Below are positions 28,881 to 39,860 of a stretch of 64,000 nt of DNA, piece after piece. A program made the position numbers and the translations under genes. The DNA comes from an uncultured Dokdonella sp. Lineage in GTDB: Bacteria; Pseudomonadota; Gammaproteobacteria; Xanthomonadales; Rhodanobacteraceae. The notes beneath the pieces were generated by a model that did no database searches, was not told where the DNA came from, and saw nothing but the letters and a program-made list of their open reading frames with translations. The stretch spans positions 67,621-131,620 of the forward strand of contig CAZPLY010000007.1 in the NCBI GenBank assembly GCA_964587775.1, written 5' to 3'. Positions within the stretch are counted from its first letter, which is position 1. The number at the start of each line of letters is the position of its first letter.

Positions 28881-31475
28881 TCAGAGCATCTTCTTCAGGC
28901 GGTAGACGAGGTCGAGCGCGGCGCGCGGACTCAGCTCGTCAGCGTCGACGGCGCGCAGTTGTTCCTCGACCGGTGAGGGCATCGGCGGCGCGAACAAGCC
29001 GAGTTGCGCGCTCGCCGAAACGGCCGGCGCTGCGTCGGGCGCATCGATCGCGGCGGCCTCGAGTCCGTGCAGGACGCGCCGGGCTTCGGCGATGACCGTG
29101 CGCGGCAACCCGGCGAGGGCGGCCACCTGCAGGCCGAAGCTGCGATTCGCCGGTCCGTCCTTGACCGCATGCATGAAGACGAGCTGGTCGCCGTACTCGA
29201 CCGCGTCCAGATGCACGTTCGCGATCGCCTCGTGCTGGCCCGGCAGGCGGGTCAGTTCGAAATAGTGGGTTGCGAACAGCGTGAATGCGCAGTTGACCGT
29301 GGCCAGGTGAGCCGCGCAGGCCTGGGCGAGGGCGAGGCCGTCGTAGGTGCTCGTGCCGCGGCCGATCTCGTCCATCAGCACGAGGCTGTGCGCGGTCGCG
29401 TTGTGCAGGATGTTCGCCGTCTCGCTCATCTCGACCATGAAGGTCGATTGACCTCGCGAGAGGTCGTCGCCGGCACCGATGCGCGTGAAGATGCGGTCGA
29501 TCGGGCCGATTCGCGCGGCCGCCGCCGGCACGAAGCTGCCGATGTGGGCGAGCAGCACGATCAGCGCGTTCTGGCGCATGTAGGTCGACTTGCCGCCCAT
29601 GTTCGGGCCGGTGACGATCAGCATGCGCCGGTTTCCGTCGAGCGCGAGGTCGTTCGGCTCGAACGGTTCATCGCGGACCTGCTCGACGACCGGATGGCGT
29701 CCGCGTTCGATGTGGATGCCTGCCTGCGCGACGAGTTGCGGGCGGTTCCAGTCGAGCGCGTCGGCGCGCTCCGCGAGCGCGGCCAGCACGTCGAGTTCGG
29801 CGATCGCAGATGCAGCGGTCTTCAATCCATCGAGGCGCTGGCCGAGGAAGTCGAGCAGGCTCTCGTACAGGGCGCGCTCGCGCATCAGCGAGCGTTCGCG
29901 CGCCGACAGCACCTTGTCCTCGAACTGCTTGAGTTCTTCGGTGATGTAGCGCTCGGCACCCTTGATCGTCTGGCGTCGCGTGTAGTGGGCCGGGGCCTTG
30001 CCTGCCTGGCCCTTGCTGATCTCGATGTAGTAGCCGTGCACGCGGTTGTAGCCGACCTTCAGCGTGGCGATGCCGCTGGCGGCCTTTTCGCGTTCCTCGA
30101 GTTCGATCAGGAAGCGGTCGGCGTGCGTCGCAAGCGCGCGCAGTTCGTCGAGATCGGCATCGAAGCCGGCGCGGATCACGCCGCCGTCGCGCGCGAGGGC
30201 CGGGGGCTGCTCGACGATCGCGGCTTCGAGATGGGCAACGCACCCGGCGTGTTCGCCGAGGCGGTCGAGCAGCTCCGACAACAGGCTGTTGGCGGCGGCC
30301 GGGTCGCCGATCCCGCTGTGCGGGGCGTCCGCGCCCGCGAAGCGCTCACGCAAGGCCGGCGCGCGGGCGAGTCCGTCACGCAGGGTCGAGAGGTCGCGCG
30401 GGCGGGCCGAACGCAGCGCGATTCGCCCGAGGATGCGCTCGAGATCGCCGATGCCGCGAAATTCATCGCGCAGGCCGTCGACAAGGCGCGCATCGATCAG
30501 GCTTGCAATCGCCGCGTGTCGGCTCTCGAGTACCGCGTGCGCGCGCAGCGGGCGGTTGAGCCAGCGGTGCAGGAGGCGCGCGCCCATCGGCGTGACCGTC
30601 GTGTCGAGCACGCCAAGCAGGGTCGCGGCGCGCTGGCCCGAGGCGTGCGTGTCGAGCTCCAGGTTGCGTCGCGTGGCCGCGTCGAGCGCGATCGTTTCGG
30701 CCGCGTTCTCGCTCGACAGGCCCGACAGGTGCGGCAGGGCCGATTTCTGCGTCTCCTCGACATAGCCGAGCAGGCAACCGGCTGCACCGATCGCGAGAGA
30801 CATGTCGTCGACGCCGTAGCCGGAGAGATCGCGCGTGCCGAAGAAACGGCTGAGCTCGCGGCGGGCAGTGGCGTCGTCGAAATGCCATGAAGCGCGCTTG
30901 CGCAGACCGGGCAGGTCGGCGACGAACTTCGGCCAGGCGATGTCTTCGGCGACCAGGGTCTCGACCGGCTGCAGGCGCGCGAGTTCGGCGGCCAGTGATT
31001 CGGCGTCGGCGACTTCGCCAAGCACGAAGCGCCCGGCCGCGAGGTCGACCCAGGCCAGGCCGTAGTGGCCCTTGCCGGCCGCAATCGCGAGCAGCAGGTT
31101 GTCGCGTCGCGCCTCGAGGAGGGCGTCGTCGGTGACCGTGCCCGGGGTGATGATGCGCACGACCTTGCGCTCGACGAGGCCCTTGCTCGCCGCGGGATCG
31201 CCGATCTGTTCGCAGATCGCGACCGACTCGCCGAGCCGGACCAGGCGCGCCAGGTAAGCTTCGGCGGCGTGATATGGCACGCCGGCCATCGGGATCGGCG
31301 CTCCGGCAGAATTGCCGCGCTGGGTCAGCGTGATGTCGAGCAGGGCGGCCGCCTTGCGCGCGTCGTCGTGGAAAAGCTCGTAGAAGTCGCCCATGCGGAA
31401 GAACAGCAGCACGTCGGGATGCGTGGCCTTGGCCGCGAAGTACTGCTGCATGAGCGGGGTGTGCGGGGACGACAT
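28881..31475 (-). CDS. mutS: DNA mismatch repair protein MutS
   Basis: From ATG 31475 ([30 protein letters not shown]) the sequence is collinear with E. coli MutS, including Walker [14 protein letters not shown] and [12 protein letters not shown]. Confidence 0.95.
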   Translation of the reverse strand: MSSPHTPLMQQYFAAKATHPDVLLFFRMGDFYELFHDDARKAAALLDITLTQRGNSAGAPIPMAGVPYHAAEAYLARLVRLGESVAICEQIGDPAASKGLVERKVVRIITPGTVTDDALLEARRDNLLLAIAAGKGHYGLAWVDLAAGRFVLGEVADAESLAAELARLQPVETLVAEDIAWPKFVADLPGLRKRASWHFDDATARRELSRFFGTRDLSGYGVDDMSLAIGAAGCLLGYVEETQKSALPHLSGLSSENAAETIALDAATRRNLELDTHASGQRAATLLGVLDTTVTPMGARLLHRWLNRPLRAHAVLESRHAAIASLIDARLVDGLRDEFRGIGDLERILGRIALRSARPRDLSTLRDGLARAPALRERFAGADAPHSGIGDPAAANSLLSELLDRLGEHAGCVAHLEAAIVEQPPALARDGGVIRAGFDADLDELRALATHADRFLIELEEREKAASGIATLKVGYNRVHGYYIEISKGQAGKAPAHYTRRQTIKGAERYITEELKQFEDKVLSARERSLMRERALYESLLDFLGQRLDGLKTAASAIAELDVLAALAERADALDWNRPQLVAQAGIHIERGRHPVVEQVRDEPFEPNDLALDGNRRMLIVTGPNMGGKSTYMRQNALIVLLAHIGSFVPAAAARIGPIDRIFTRIGAGDDLSRGQSTFMVEMSETANILHNATAHSLVLMDEIGRGTSTYDGLALAQACAAHLATVNCAFTLFATHYFELTRLPGQHEAIANVHLDAVEYGDQLVFMHAVKDGPANRSFGLQVAALAGLPRTVIAEARRVLHGLEAAAIDAPDAAPAVSASAQLGLFAPPMPSPVEEQLRAVDADELSPRAALDLVYRLKKML

Positions 31476-31727
31476 GAGGGGCTTGGGCGATCCTGGCGAT
31501 GCGCGGTGGTCTCCGCGCGCAGCCCGATAGTCTGGCGTGCCGGGCGCGTGCTGGGAATAGTGCCGGCGTCGCGAACGTCGGGGCGGGCGAATCCGGAACC
31601 GGCACGCGGCGACGGCGATCAGCGCGCAGGGTGTTGATCCCGGTCGTCGCAGGCGCAGAATGCCGGGGTCCGACGGCGCGCTCACGCCAGCCGGGCGCAC
31701 GCCGGCGACGGCGGTCAGGGGAGCACG

Positions 31728-33362
31728 ATGCCAACCGACGATTCAGGTCTCGGGCGTATCGAACGCGTGTTCGGGCTGGTCACGCGAATGCGTCCCGGCG
31801 AAGGACGCAGCACCGTACTGTTCTGCCTGCACGGATTCCTGCTGCTGTTTTCGTACCTCATCGTCAAGGCATTGCGCGAAGCGTTCATCCTGACCGACTT
31901 CTCGGCCGAGGTGCGTGCCTATGGCGTTGCGATCACCGCCATCGTGCTGATCTTCGTGATTCCGGCCTACAGCATCGTGCGCCGTCGTCTCGACGGTGCC
32001 CACCTGCTGCGTGCGGTGACGCTCTTCTTCGTGCTCAACATGCTCGGCTTCGCGGCGCTCGCGTGGTTCGGGCTGTCGATGTCGTTGACGTTCTTCGTCT
32101 GGGTCAGCATTTTCGGCCTCATGGTGCCTGCCCAGTTCTGGGCGTTCGCGGCCGATACGTTCAACCTGAAAAGCGGTCAACGACTGTTCCCGGTGATCAT
32201 GATCGGCGCCAATCTCGGCGCCCTCGCCGGGGCCCAGTTCGCCGCGCTCGCGGTCGCGATCTTCGAACCGGCAGGGCTCATGTTCATCGCCACTGCCGTT
32301 CTCGCCCTGACAGTCGCATTCGCGGGGCCGGCGAGCGCAGCCGTGCCCGAGGGTTCGCGTTCGCAGGTACCCGAACGCAGCGGTCGTGTGCCGAAACTGC
32401 TCGGCGGCATCGAACTCGTCCTGCGCGACCGCTACCTGCTGCTCGTCGCGCTGTTCATCGTGCTTCTCAACTGGATCAACACGACCGGCGAATTCATGCT
32501 CGCCGATCTCGTCGTGCGCGACGTCGACGCGCGCATCGCGGCCTCATCCGGGCCGATCGACAAGAGCGCGGCGATCACGGCGTTCTACGGCGGATTCCAG
32601 TTCTGGGTCACCCTGGCCGGACTGGCGATCCAGCTGCTGCTGGTCGCGCGCATCTATCGCCATGTCGGCGTGCAGGGTGCGCTCGTCGTACTGCCGCTGG
32701 TCGCCGCACTGGGCTACGGCCTGATCGCGTTCGTGCCGATCTTCTCGATCATCCAGCTGGTCAAGATCGCCGAGAACAGCCTCAACAACTCGTTGATGAA
32801 CACGACCCGGCATGCGTTGTTCCTGCCCGTGGACCGCGATGCGAAGTATGAGGGCAAGACCGCGATCGACACGTTCTTCTGGCGCATCGGCGACCTGATC
32901 CAGGCAGCGGTCGTGTTCGCCGGCATCCACTGGTTTGCCTGGACGTTGACCGGCTTCGCGTTGTTCAACCTCGGCCTGGCACTCGCCTGGGGCGCGCTGG
33001 CGCTGGCGATCGGACGCGAGTTCAGCGCGGTGGCGCGCCGCAACGCGTTCAATGTGCCGCCCGAAGTCGGTCGGCCGATCCCCGATCTGGACTGCGTGCC
33101 AGGCTCGCCGTTCCGGCATTGCGTGCCGACCGACGCGTTCCGCGACGCCGATCCGGGCGACGTGCTGCAGCTTTGTGCAAGGTCCGGCGATGGTCGGCCA
33201 TTGCCGAAGTGGATCCACTTCGATGCGCGGGAATGGACGTTTTCCGGCACCTTCCCGCACGGCCATGTCGAGGAGATCGTCGTCGAGGTGATTGCCAGCG
33301 ACGTCGATGGAACGCAGGCAGCGAGCGTCTTCGTGATGCGTCGCATCCTGCATTCCGATTGA
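31728..33362 (+). CDS. TLC/Npt-like MFS transporter fused to a C-terminal cadherin/Ig-like (dystroglycan-type) domain
   Basis: About 12 TM helices with TLC-like signature [45 protein letters not shown]. The last ~110 aa (VPGSPF...DPGDVL...[11 protein letters not shown]...[24 protein letters not shown]) look like a CADG/He_PIG-type Ig fold. Confidence 0.6.
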   Translation: MPTDDSGLGRIERVFGLVTRMRPGEGRSTVLFCLHGFLLLFSYLIVKALREAFILTDFSAEVRAYGVAITAIVLIFVIPAYSIVRRRLDGAHLLRAVTLFFVLNMLGFAALAWFGLSMSLTFFVWVSIFGLMVPAQFWAFAADTFNLKSGQRLFPVIMIGANLGALAGAQFAALAVAIFEPAGLMFIATAVLALTVAFAGPASAAVPEGSRSQVPERSGRVPKLLGGIELVLRDRYLLLVALFIVLLNWINTTGEFMLADLVVRDVDARIAASSGPIDKSAAITAFYGGFQFWVTLAGLAIQLLLVARIYRHVGVQGALVVLPLVAALGYGLIAFVPIFSIIQLVKIAENSLNNSLMNTTRHALFLPVDRDAKYEGKTAIDTFFWRIGDLIQAAVVFAGIHWFAWTLTGFALFNLGLALAWGALALAIGREFSAVARRNAFNVPPEVGRPIPDLDCVPGSPFRHCVPTDAFRDADPGDVLQLCARSGDGRPLPKWIHFDAREWTFSGTFPHGHVEEIVVEVIASDVDGTQAASVFVMRRILHSD

Positions 33363-33372
33363 TGGGCGCCGG

Positions 33373-35238
33373 TCAGGGCTTGCGCATTGCTGCCGGGCGG
33401 GCGAGCAACGCGTCGCGCCGCTGCAGGACCGCCTTGCGCTCGCGCTTGCCGAGCAGGTCGCCGATCGACTGCTCGAGGGCCGGCTCGTCGAGTTCGGCGA
33501 GCCGGCGACGCATTTCCGCGCCGGGGCGTGGCGTGCGGCCGCGCAATGCAGCCGGGAATTCGCGCGAGACGCCGAACGCGCGATCGTGGCCACTGAGGAT
33601 CAGGTTCCATTCCTTCGCGTCGTAGAGGATTCGCTCGGCCGATCGGCCTTCATTGCCGATCACCGCGTCGAACGCATACATGAGCTCGAACTGTGCGGGA
33701 AGCGCGCACCAGCCGGCACCGCGGCGGCCGCCAGACCTCACCTTGGCTTCGCTAGTCCACTCGAGCGGACGCGCCTGCACGATGCCGTCCTGACCCTGCA
33801 CCTTGCGCGCGACGGTGGCCGGCACGAGCCCGAGCCCGAGCAGTCGATCAAGCTTCATCGCGGCGAGCTCCCTGTCGCCCGCAGCGCGCGTCGTGGCGAC
33901 GAACACGGCGTTGACGCGCTGTCCGTCGCGGGACACGACGACATCGAGCGTGCCCGGTGCGCGCGGCCCGGTCACCTTGATCTGGCCGTGCTCGAGCAGC
34001 TGCGCGACAGCCACTTCATCGAGCGTCGGCGAACTGAGATGGATTGCTTCGGCTTCGATGCCGGCCAGGCCCGGTGCCGCGTCTGCATAACGAACCTGCA
34101 TGCTTCCGTTCGCGATGACGAGGGCGGAAGCGCGTCCCCTGTAGACCGCCGCATTCATGCCGGTGTCGAGCTTGATCACGTTGCCGCCGAAGCGCGAGGC
34201 GACGCGCTTGTCGCGCGTGACCGTATGGCCGATGACGAGCCGGCGCGCGCCGAGTCCGGCCAGCAGCGGATCGAGGACATCGGCCTCGGCGGCGGCATTG
34301 CACAGCGCCGGACCGCGATACCAGTTCGGGCCGTCGGCGCCGATCATCGGGTTGTCGTCGGCGGCCGTGAAACGGCGCACGGCTTCGGTGTCGCGCGCGC
34401 GGTCAGCCGGGGTCGCATCGCTGCGGGCGGCGAGGCGTTCGGCTGCGCGCGAGGCGCGTTCGTCGAACCTGTCCTCGAGCAGGACGAGGCCGGCCGCCTC
34501 GAGCGGGGCGAGACTGGCGTGGTACTCGACGAGTGCCGTGCGGTATCGCAGGTTGATCTCGACCAGCGACATGCCCTCGAGGACGGCGGACGGCCCGCCA
34601 TGCATGAACAGCGTGCCGTCGATGAGGATCGCGACCGGCAGCGCATGCAGCCAGCGGCCGTAGTGGCCGTCCATCGCCAGGGCGGCACGATGTCCGAAGA
34701 AACCGGGCGGAAAACGCGTATCGAAGGATGCTCCGGATCCGGCCCCCATGCGCTCGACCCAGTCCTCGCTCAGGCGCCGACGCAGGGCAGGGTTCTCGTC
34801 GGCGGCGAATGCGGCGAATTCGCCGTGATCGACATCGCGGACGTGGCCGAGCAGGTTCATCGCCTCGTGATTGCCGAGCAGCACGTGCACGCGTCCGCCA
34901 GCCGCGGTCGCTTCGGCCTGCAGCCGCATCAGCAGATCCATGACCTTGCGCGAATCGGCGCCGCGATCGAGCAGGTCGCCGGTGCAGACGAGGTGGGTGC
35001 GACCCCCGGACCAGCGCAATTGGGCGTCGACCACGCCGACGTCCTGGAGCAGGCCGGCCAGCGATTCGAACGCGCCATGCACGTCGGCGAATGCGACGAC
35101 GCGCTCGACGTTGGTGAACGCATCCTGCGCCTCCGCAGCGCGCAGCGTCGGCGCCAGGCAGGCCAAAGCGAACATGAGGACGGCGGCCAGCGGGGCCCGC
35201 CTGTGCACGCGTGGATCCGGCAACGCGGATGCTGACAT
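33373..35238 (-). CDS. Exported PPP-family metallophosphatase with C-terminal degenerate kinase-like domain
   Basis: Signal peptide (APLAAVLMFALACLAPTLRAAEA). All PPP/calcineurin-like motifs are present: ADVHG, GDLLDRG, GNHE, MHGG, IGHT. The C-terminal ~200 aa are paralogous to the upstream gene product. Confidence 0.7.
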   Translation of the reverse strand: MSASALPDPRVHRRAPLAAVLMFALACLAPTLRAAEAQDAFTNVERVVAFADVHGAFESLAGLLQDVGVVDAQLRWSGGRTHLVCTGDLLDRGADSRKVMDLLMRLQAEATAAGGRVHVLLGNHEAMNLLGHVRDVDHGEFAAFAADENPALRRRLSEDWVERMGAGSGASFDTRFPPGFFGHRAALAMDGHYGRWLHALPVAILIDGTLFMHGGPSAVLEGMSLVEINLRYRTALVEYHASLAPLEAAGLVLLEDRFDERASRAAERLAARSDATPADRARDTEAVRRFTAADDNPMIGADGPNWYRGPALCNAAAEADVLDPLLAGLGARRLVIGHTVTRDKRVASRFGGNVIKLDTGMNAAVYRGRASALVIANGSMQVRYADAAPGLAGIEAEAIHLSSPTLDEVAVAQLLEHGQIKVTGPRAPGTLDVVVSRDGQRVNAVFVATTRAAGDRELAAMKLDRLLGLGLVPATVARKVQGQDGIVQARPLEWTSEAKVRSGGRRGAGWCALPAQFELMYAFDAVIGNEGRSAERILYDAKEWNLILSGHDRAFGVSREFPAALRGRTPRPGAEMRRRLAELDEPALEQSIGDLLGKRERKAVLQRRDALLARPAAMRKP

Positions 35239-36222
35239 TCAGTACACCTCGATCTTTCCCGAATCGACCTGCTTGACGAGCAGGGCAGCCTGACGCGCGA
35301 CACCGGCGATCTCGGCGCGCGTCAGGCCCATCTGCACGATGCCATTCCTGATCCGTACGCCGCGATTCGGCGCGACGTTCTCGCCGGGCGGGACCGGGAC
35401 GAAATGACCCTCGCGCAATTCCCATTGGGCCAGCACGCCGAGGTGTGGTGCAAGCGCTTCCGACGAGGTCAGCTGCCGCACACGCGCGATGGTGTCGGCG
35501 GGCAGGCGCGCGACGCGCAGAGTCCGCCATGCCATGCCTCGATCACCACCGGCCTGGCCGAACGCGATGCCGTGGTCGACCGAGAAGACGCGCGGACCCG
35601 GCCTCGTCTTCGAGATGAGGAAGTTCCCCGCATTCGAATCGCCGTGGCGCAAGAGGAACGTGAACACGTTGAGCTGGCCGATGTGGCGCGCATAGACCGG
35701 ATCACTGGCGAAGCGCGCCGCATCGAACACGTCGGCGACCACCTCGATGTCGCGCAACCAGTACTGGACGACGCCGAGCGCGTCATCGGAACCCTTGAAC
35801 GTCGGCAGCACGTCGGGCGAATGACGGCGGAACTCGGCCAGCGCGATCATGCGCAGGGCGGTCGGCGGCACGACATATTCGTGCGGGTCCATCAACAGGC
35901 GCTGCAGCGCATAGGCGGCGAGGTCGTAGCGCGGGATGTTGTTGAACCCTTCCGCGCCCGGTACGGACTTGCGCAATTTGACGCGCAGGGGCTCGCGCCC
36001 GGCAAACGAGACCTCGGCGCGCAACGTGATGTCGCCCTTCGCGGTCGGACGGCTGATCTGCGCGGCCTCGATGCGCATCGCATCGTGGGCCAGCATCTGC
36101 TCGAGTTGCGCGACGGGCAACGCGAGATTGCGGTCCTGTGCGAGGATCGGTCCGCACATGGCGAGAACCGACAAGGTCGATATCACCAGCGTTCGGATGC
36201 CGTGCATGGACGTTTCCGTCAT
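35239..36222 (-). CDS. Exported hypothetical protein with PI3/PI4-kinase-like (atypical kinase) motif pattern
   Basis: Signal peptide (MHGIRTLVISTLSVLAMCGPILAQ). Motifs VKLRK, RYDLAAYALQRLL...VVPPTALR, LLRHGDSNAGNFLI and SVDHGIAFG are arranged as in bacterial PI3/4-kinase-fold proteins. The start could be 36258, 36222 or 36207. The stop abuts the ATG of the phosphatase gene. The fold call is motif-level inference only. Confidence 0.4.
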   Translation of the reverse strand: MTETSMHGIRTLVISTLSVLAMCGPILAQDRNLALPVAQLEQMLAHDAMRIEAAQISRPTAKGDITLRAEVSFAGREPLRVKLRKSVPGAEGFNNIPRYDLAAYALQRLLMDPHEYVVPPTALRMIALAEFRRHSPDVLPTFKGSDDALGVVQYWLRDIEVVADVFDAARFASDPVYARHIGQLNVFTFLLRHGDSNAGNFLISKTRPGPRVFSVDHGIAFGQAGGDRGMAWRTLRVARLPADTIARVRQLTSSEALAPHLGVLAQWELREGHFVPVPPGENVAPNRGVRIRNGIVQMGLTRAEIAGVARQAALLVKQVDSGKIEVY

Positions 36223-36348
36223 GACCCTCGGGCAGCGACGATACCAGCGCAGTTGCATGCGTTCGAGCGTTTCCCGGGCCGGACATGCGATCGGAGCACC
36301 GACCCAGGTCCGCCCGGTGCCCCGCCACTTCGCGCCGTCACGATCCGC

Positions 36349-37407
36349 TCACTCGAAGCCGTGGGCCATGATGCGGTCGGTCGGCATCCAGATCGGCGCG
36401 CCGAGTTGCAGGGCCAGCGTCGATTGCGGACCTTCGATGACCTGCAGCGGTGCGCTGTTGCCGTTCGCGGCGAGGTCGAACACGAGCACGCGGTTGCCGG
36501 CGGCGCCGGCGTAATCGGCGATCGTGACGATCAGGCGCGCGCGGACCGGATCGATCGCGAGTCCACCCGGATAGGTGGTGCCGGCCATGTCGAGCGTCGT
36601 ACCCGGTCCGCCGATCGTGCGCACGGGCAGCGCATTGCCGTCGGCTTGATCGTCGAACACCAGGATGCGGGCCGTGCGCGTCGAATCGGGATTGTCGACA
36701 TGCGCGAACACGAGCAGCTGCCTGGCAGCCGGGTCGTGGACGACGCTGCTGATCCAGCTGCCCAATCCGGTCTGTGCACCCCGGATCACGCGCTTCGGTG
36801 CGGTGTTTCCGCTGTCGGTCCGGTTGAAGACGAGCAGCTTCGGCGCATACGGTGCGCTGGCGTCGGAATCGGCGAGCACGACCTCGTCGGTCGGCGACAT
36901 GTAGCTCAGTGAACCCGGGTAATTGAGTTGGGTCACGCTGCCGCTGCCGCCACCCCAGCTCAGGCTGCGCAGTGGTCCGGTCGCGCCGCTCGCGGTCCGC
37001 GCAAACGCCATCAGGCAGCAGCCGCCGCCGATCGCCAGCAGTTCATCGTGGACCGGATCGACTGCAACCGTGCGCACCTGGCCGATGAAAGGACTGGTGA
37101 GCACGCGCAGCGGCGCTACATCGCCGCTTGCATAGGCCGGAAACACGCGGATCGCCTGGCCCCAGAAATCGGCCACGTACACCACGCCCTCGGCCGGCTC
37201 GAAGGTCCCGCCGGAGGTCGAGGTGAAGCCGGTGGCCGGCCCCGTGAAGACGCGCGTTGGTGCCGCGTCGCCGGTCGCGGTATCTGCGAACACACGCAGC
37301 GACTCGGCACTCGACCCGGTTCCGTAGCTGCCGACGACGATGTCGGCCACGGCGCTCGCCGAAGCGAACAGCGAAATCAGGACGAACAGCAGTCTTCGCG
37401 ACGACAT
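36349..37407 (-). CDS. Exported six-bladed beta-propeller-like repeat protein
   Basis: ATG at 37407 (MSSRRLLFVLISLFASASAVA). Six ~50-aa repeats of the form [IL]RVF....A.G[DN].AP.R.I.G..T.L. Ends ...DRIMAHGFE. Confidence 0.55.
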   Translation of the reverse strand: MSSRRLLFVLISLFASASAVADIVVGSYGTGSSAESLRVFADTATGDAAPTRVFTGPATGFTSTSGGTFEPAEGVVYVADFWGQAIRVFPAYASGDVAPLRVLTSPFIGQVRTVAVDPVHDELLAIGGGCCLMAFARTASGATGPLRSLSWGGGSGSVTQLNYPGSLSYMSPTDEVVLADSDASAPYAPKLLVFNRTDSGNTAPKRVIRGAQTGLGSWISSVVHDPAARQLLVFAHVDNPDSTRTARILVFDDQADGNALPVRTIGGPGTTLDMAGTTYPGGLAIDPVRARLIVTIADYAGAAGNRVLVFDLAANGNSAPLQVIEGPQSTLALQLGAPIWMPTDRIMAHGFE

Positions 37408-37546
37408 GGTCTTCTCCGGATGGTCGTATCCTTCTACGCCAAAAGGCAGCGCATCCCCCAACGCGCGCCATCGCCCCGGTCCACTCGACGCCCGCCGCCG
37501 ATATCGGCTACCGTCGCGGCGCCCCACCGCTGCCGGAGCTCGAACG

Positions 37547-38056
37547 GTGTCATCTTCCCTCAACGCCGACGACGCCGGCCTGCATGCGCTCGGCACCGCG
37601 ATTGCCGATGTGCTGATCGCCCGCGGCCTGTCGATCGTGACAGCCGAATCGTGCACGGGCGGCTGGATCGCGAAGGTGTTGACCGATATCGCCGGCAGCT
37701 CGACCTGGTTCGAATGCGGCGTCGTCGCCTACAGCTACGAGGCAAAGGAAGCCCTGCTCGGGGTCCAGCCGCAGACGCTCGAGCGGACCGGTGCGGTCAG
37801 CCAGGACACGGTCGTGGAAATGGTCTCCGGTGCGCTCGCCCGCTATGGCGCCACGGTCGCGGTCGCCGTCACCGGAATCGCCGGCCCGAGCGGCGCAACC
37901 CCGGGAAAGCCGGTCGGCACGGTCTGGATCGGCTGGAAGCGCCGAGGCGGTTATGCGAAGGCCGAGCTGTTCCATTTTCCGGGCGATCGCGAATCCGTCC
38001 GGCGGCAGACCGTCGCCGCGGCGCTCGACGGCGTAAGGCGAATTCTTACAAGCTGA
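37547..38056 (+). CDS. pncC: Nicotinamide-nucleotide amidohydrolase PncC (CinA C-terminal domain)
   Basis: The GTG at 37547 gives a 169-aa protein collinear with E. coli PncC (TAESCTGGWIAKVLTDIAGSS.WFE.G.V.YS.EAK, TGIAGP.G....KPVGTVW). Lies upstream of recA, as in many gammaproteobacteria. Confidence 0.8.
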   Translation: MSSSLNADDAGLHALGTAIADVLIARGLSIVTAESCTGGWIAKVLTDIAGSSTWFECGVVAYSYEAKEALLGVQPQTLERTGAVSQDTVVEMVSGALARYGATVAVAVTGIAGPSGATPGKPVGTVWIGWKRRGGYAKAELFHFPGDRESVRRQTVAAALDGVRRILTS

Positions 38057-38091
38057 CGCGCAGGCTGGCGCTATCGCCGCGGCGGAGGCGT

Positions 38092-38099
38092 GGGATAAT
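38092..38099 (+). promoter_or_regulatory. Possible extended -10 element of the recA promoter (TGGGATAAT)
   Basis: TG-n-GATAAT sits about 80 nt upstream of the recA ATG, in an otherwise GC-rich spacer. I found no convincing -35. Confidence 0.3.
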
Positions 38100-38179
38100 C
38101 GCCACACATTCCGGCGATGTCTCAGCATCTGAGAAGTTCGCGCGGCAGCCTGCACCGAATTATCAACGAGGTGACCCCG

Positions 38180-39211
<1,032 letters not shown>

Positions 39212-39305
39212 TCCGGTGCGTGCCGGATTGCCGTCGGGCCGGATCGAACGCGCGGCCCGTGCCGCGGGCGCGTGATTCCCTGACCCCCGCCGCGCGGTGT
39301 CCAGA

Positions 39306-39800
39306 ATGGCCCGGAAACCGCCGAAATCCCCGAAAGAGCGACCGAGCGCCTACGGCAAGGCGCTCGGCCTGCTCGCGCGGCGCGAACATTCGCAGCGCGA
39401 ACTCGAGGTCAAGCTTTCGCGTGGCGGGTACGCGCGCGACGAAACCGCGGTCGCGATCGCATCGCTGAGCGACAGCGAATACCAGAGCGACAGCCGCTTC
39501 GCCGAACTGCTTGCGCGTTCGCGCGCGGCCAACGGCTACGGTCCACGGCGAATCTTCGCCGAGCTCAAGTCGCATGGCGTGACCGATGCCGAGATCGGCG
39601 CGGCGATCAATGCCGCCGACTGCGACTGGGCTGCGCTCGCCCGCCGCCAGCTCGAGCGGCACTATGGGCGCACGCCGGCTTCCGACCCGAAGGAGCGCGC
39701 GCGCCGCGCGGCGTTTCTCTTGCGCCGCGGCTTCGATGCCGCCACAGTAAGCGCCCTTGTGCGCGCCGAAATCGGCGATCCGGGCGACGGGTTCGATTGA
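39306..39800 (+). CDS. recX: Recombination regulator RecX
   Basis: Immediately downstream of recA. A.GLLARREHS..EL..KL and repeated three-helix modules are typical of RecX. ATG at 39306; a GTG at 39297 is also possible. Confidence 0.85.
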   Translation: MARKPPKSPKERPSAYGKALGLLARREHSQRELEVKLSRGGYARDETAVAIASLSDSEYQSDSRFAELLARSRAANGYGPRRIFAELKSHGVTDAEIGAAINAADCDWAALARRQLERHYGRTPASDPKERARRAAFLLRRGFDAATVSALVRAEIGDPGDGFD

Positions 39801-39860
39801 GAGCCCGGCCGCGCGGACGCATCGTCGGCGTGTCCGTCGTTTCCCGCCCAGTCCGAACGC

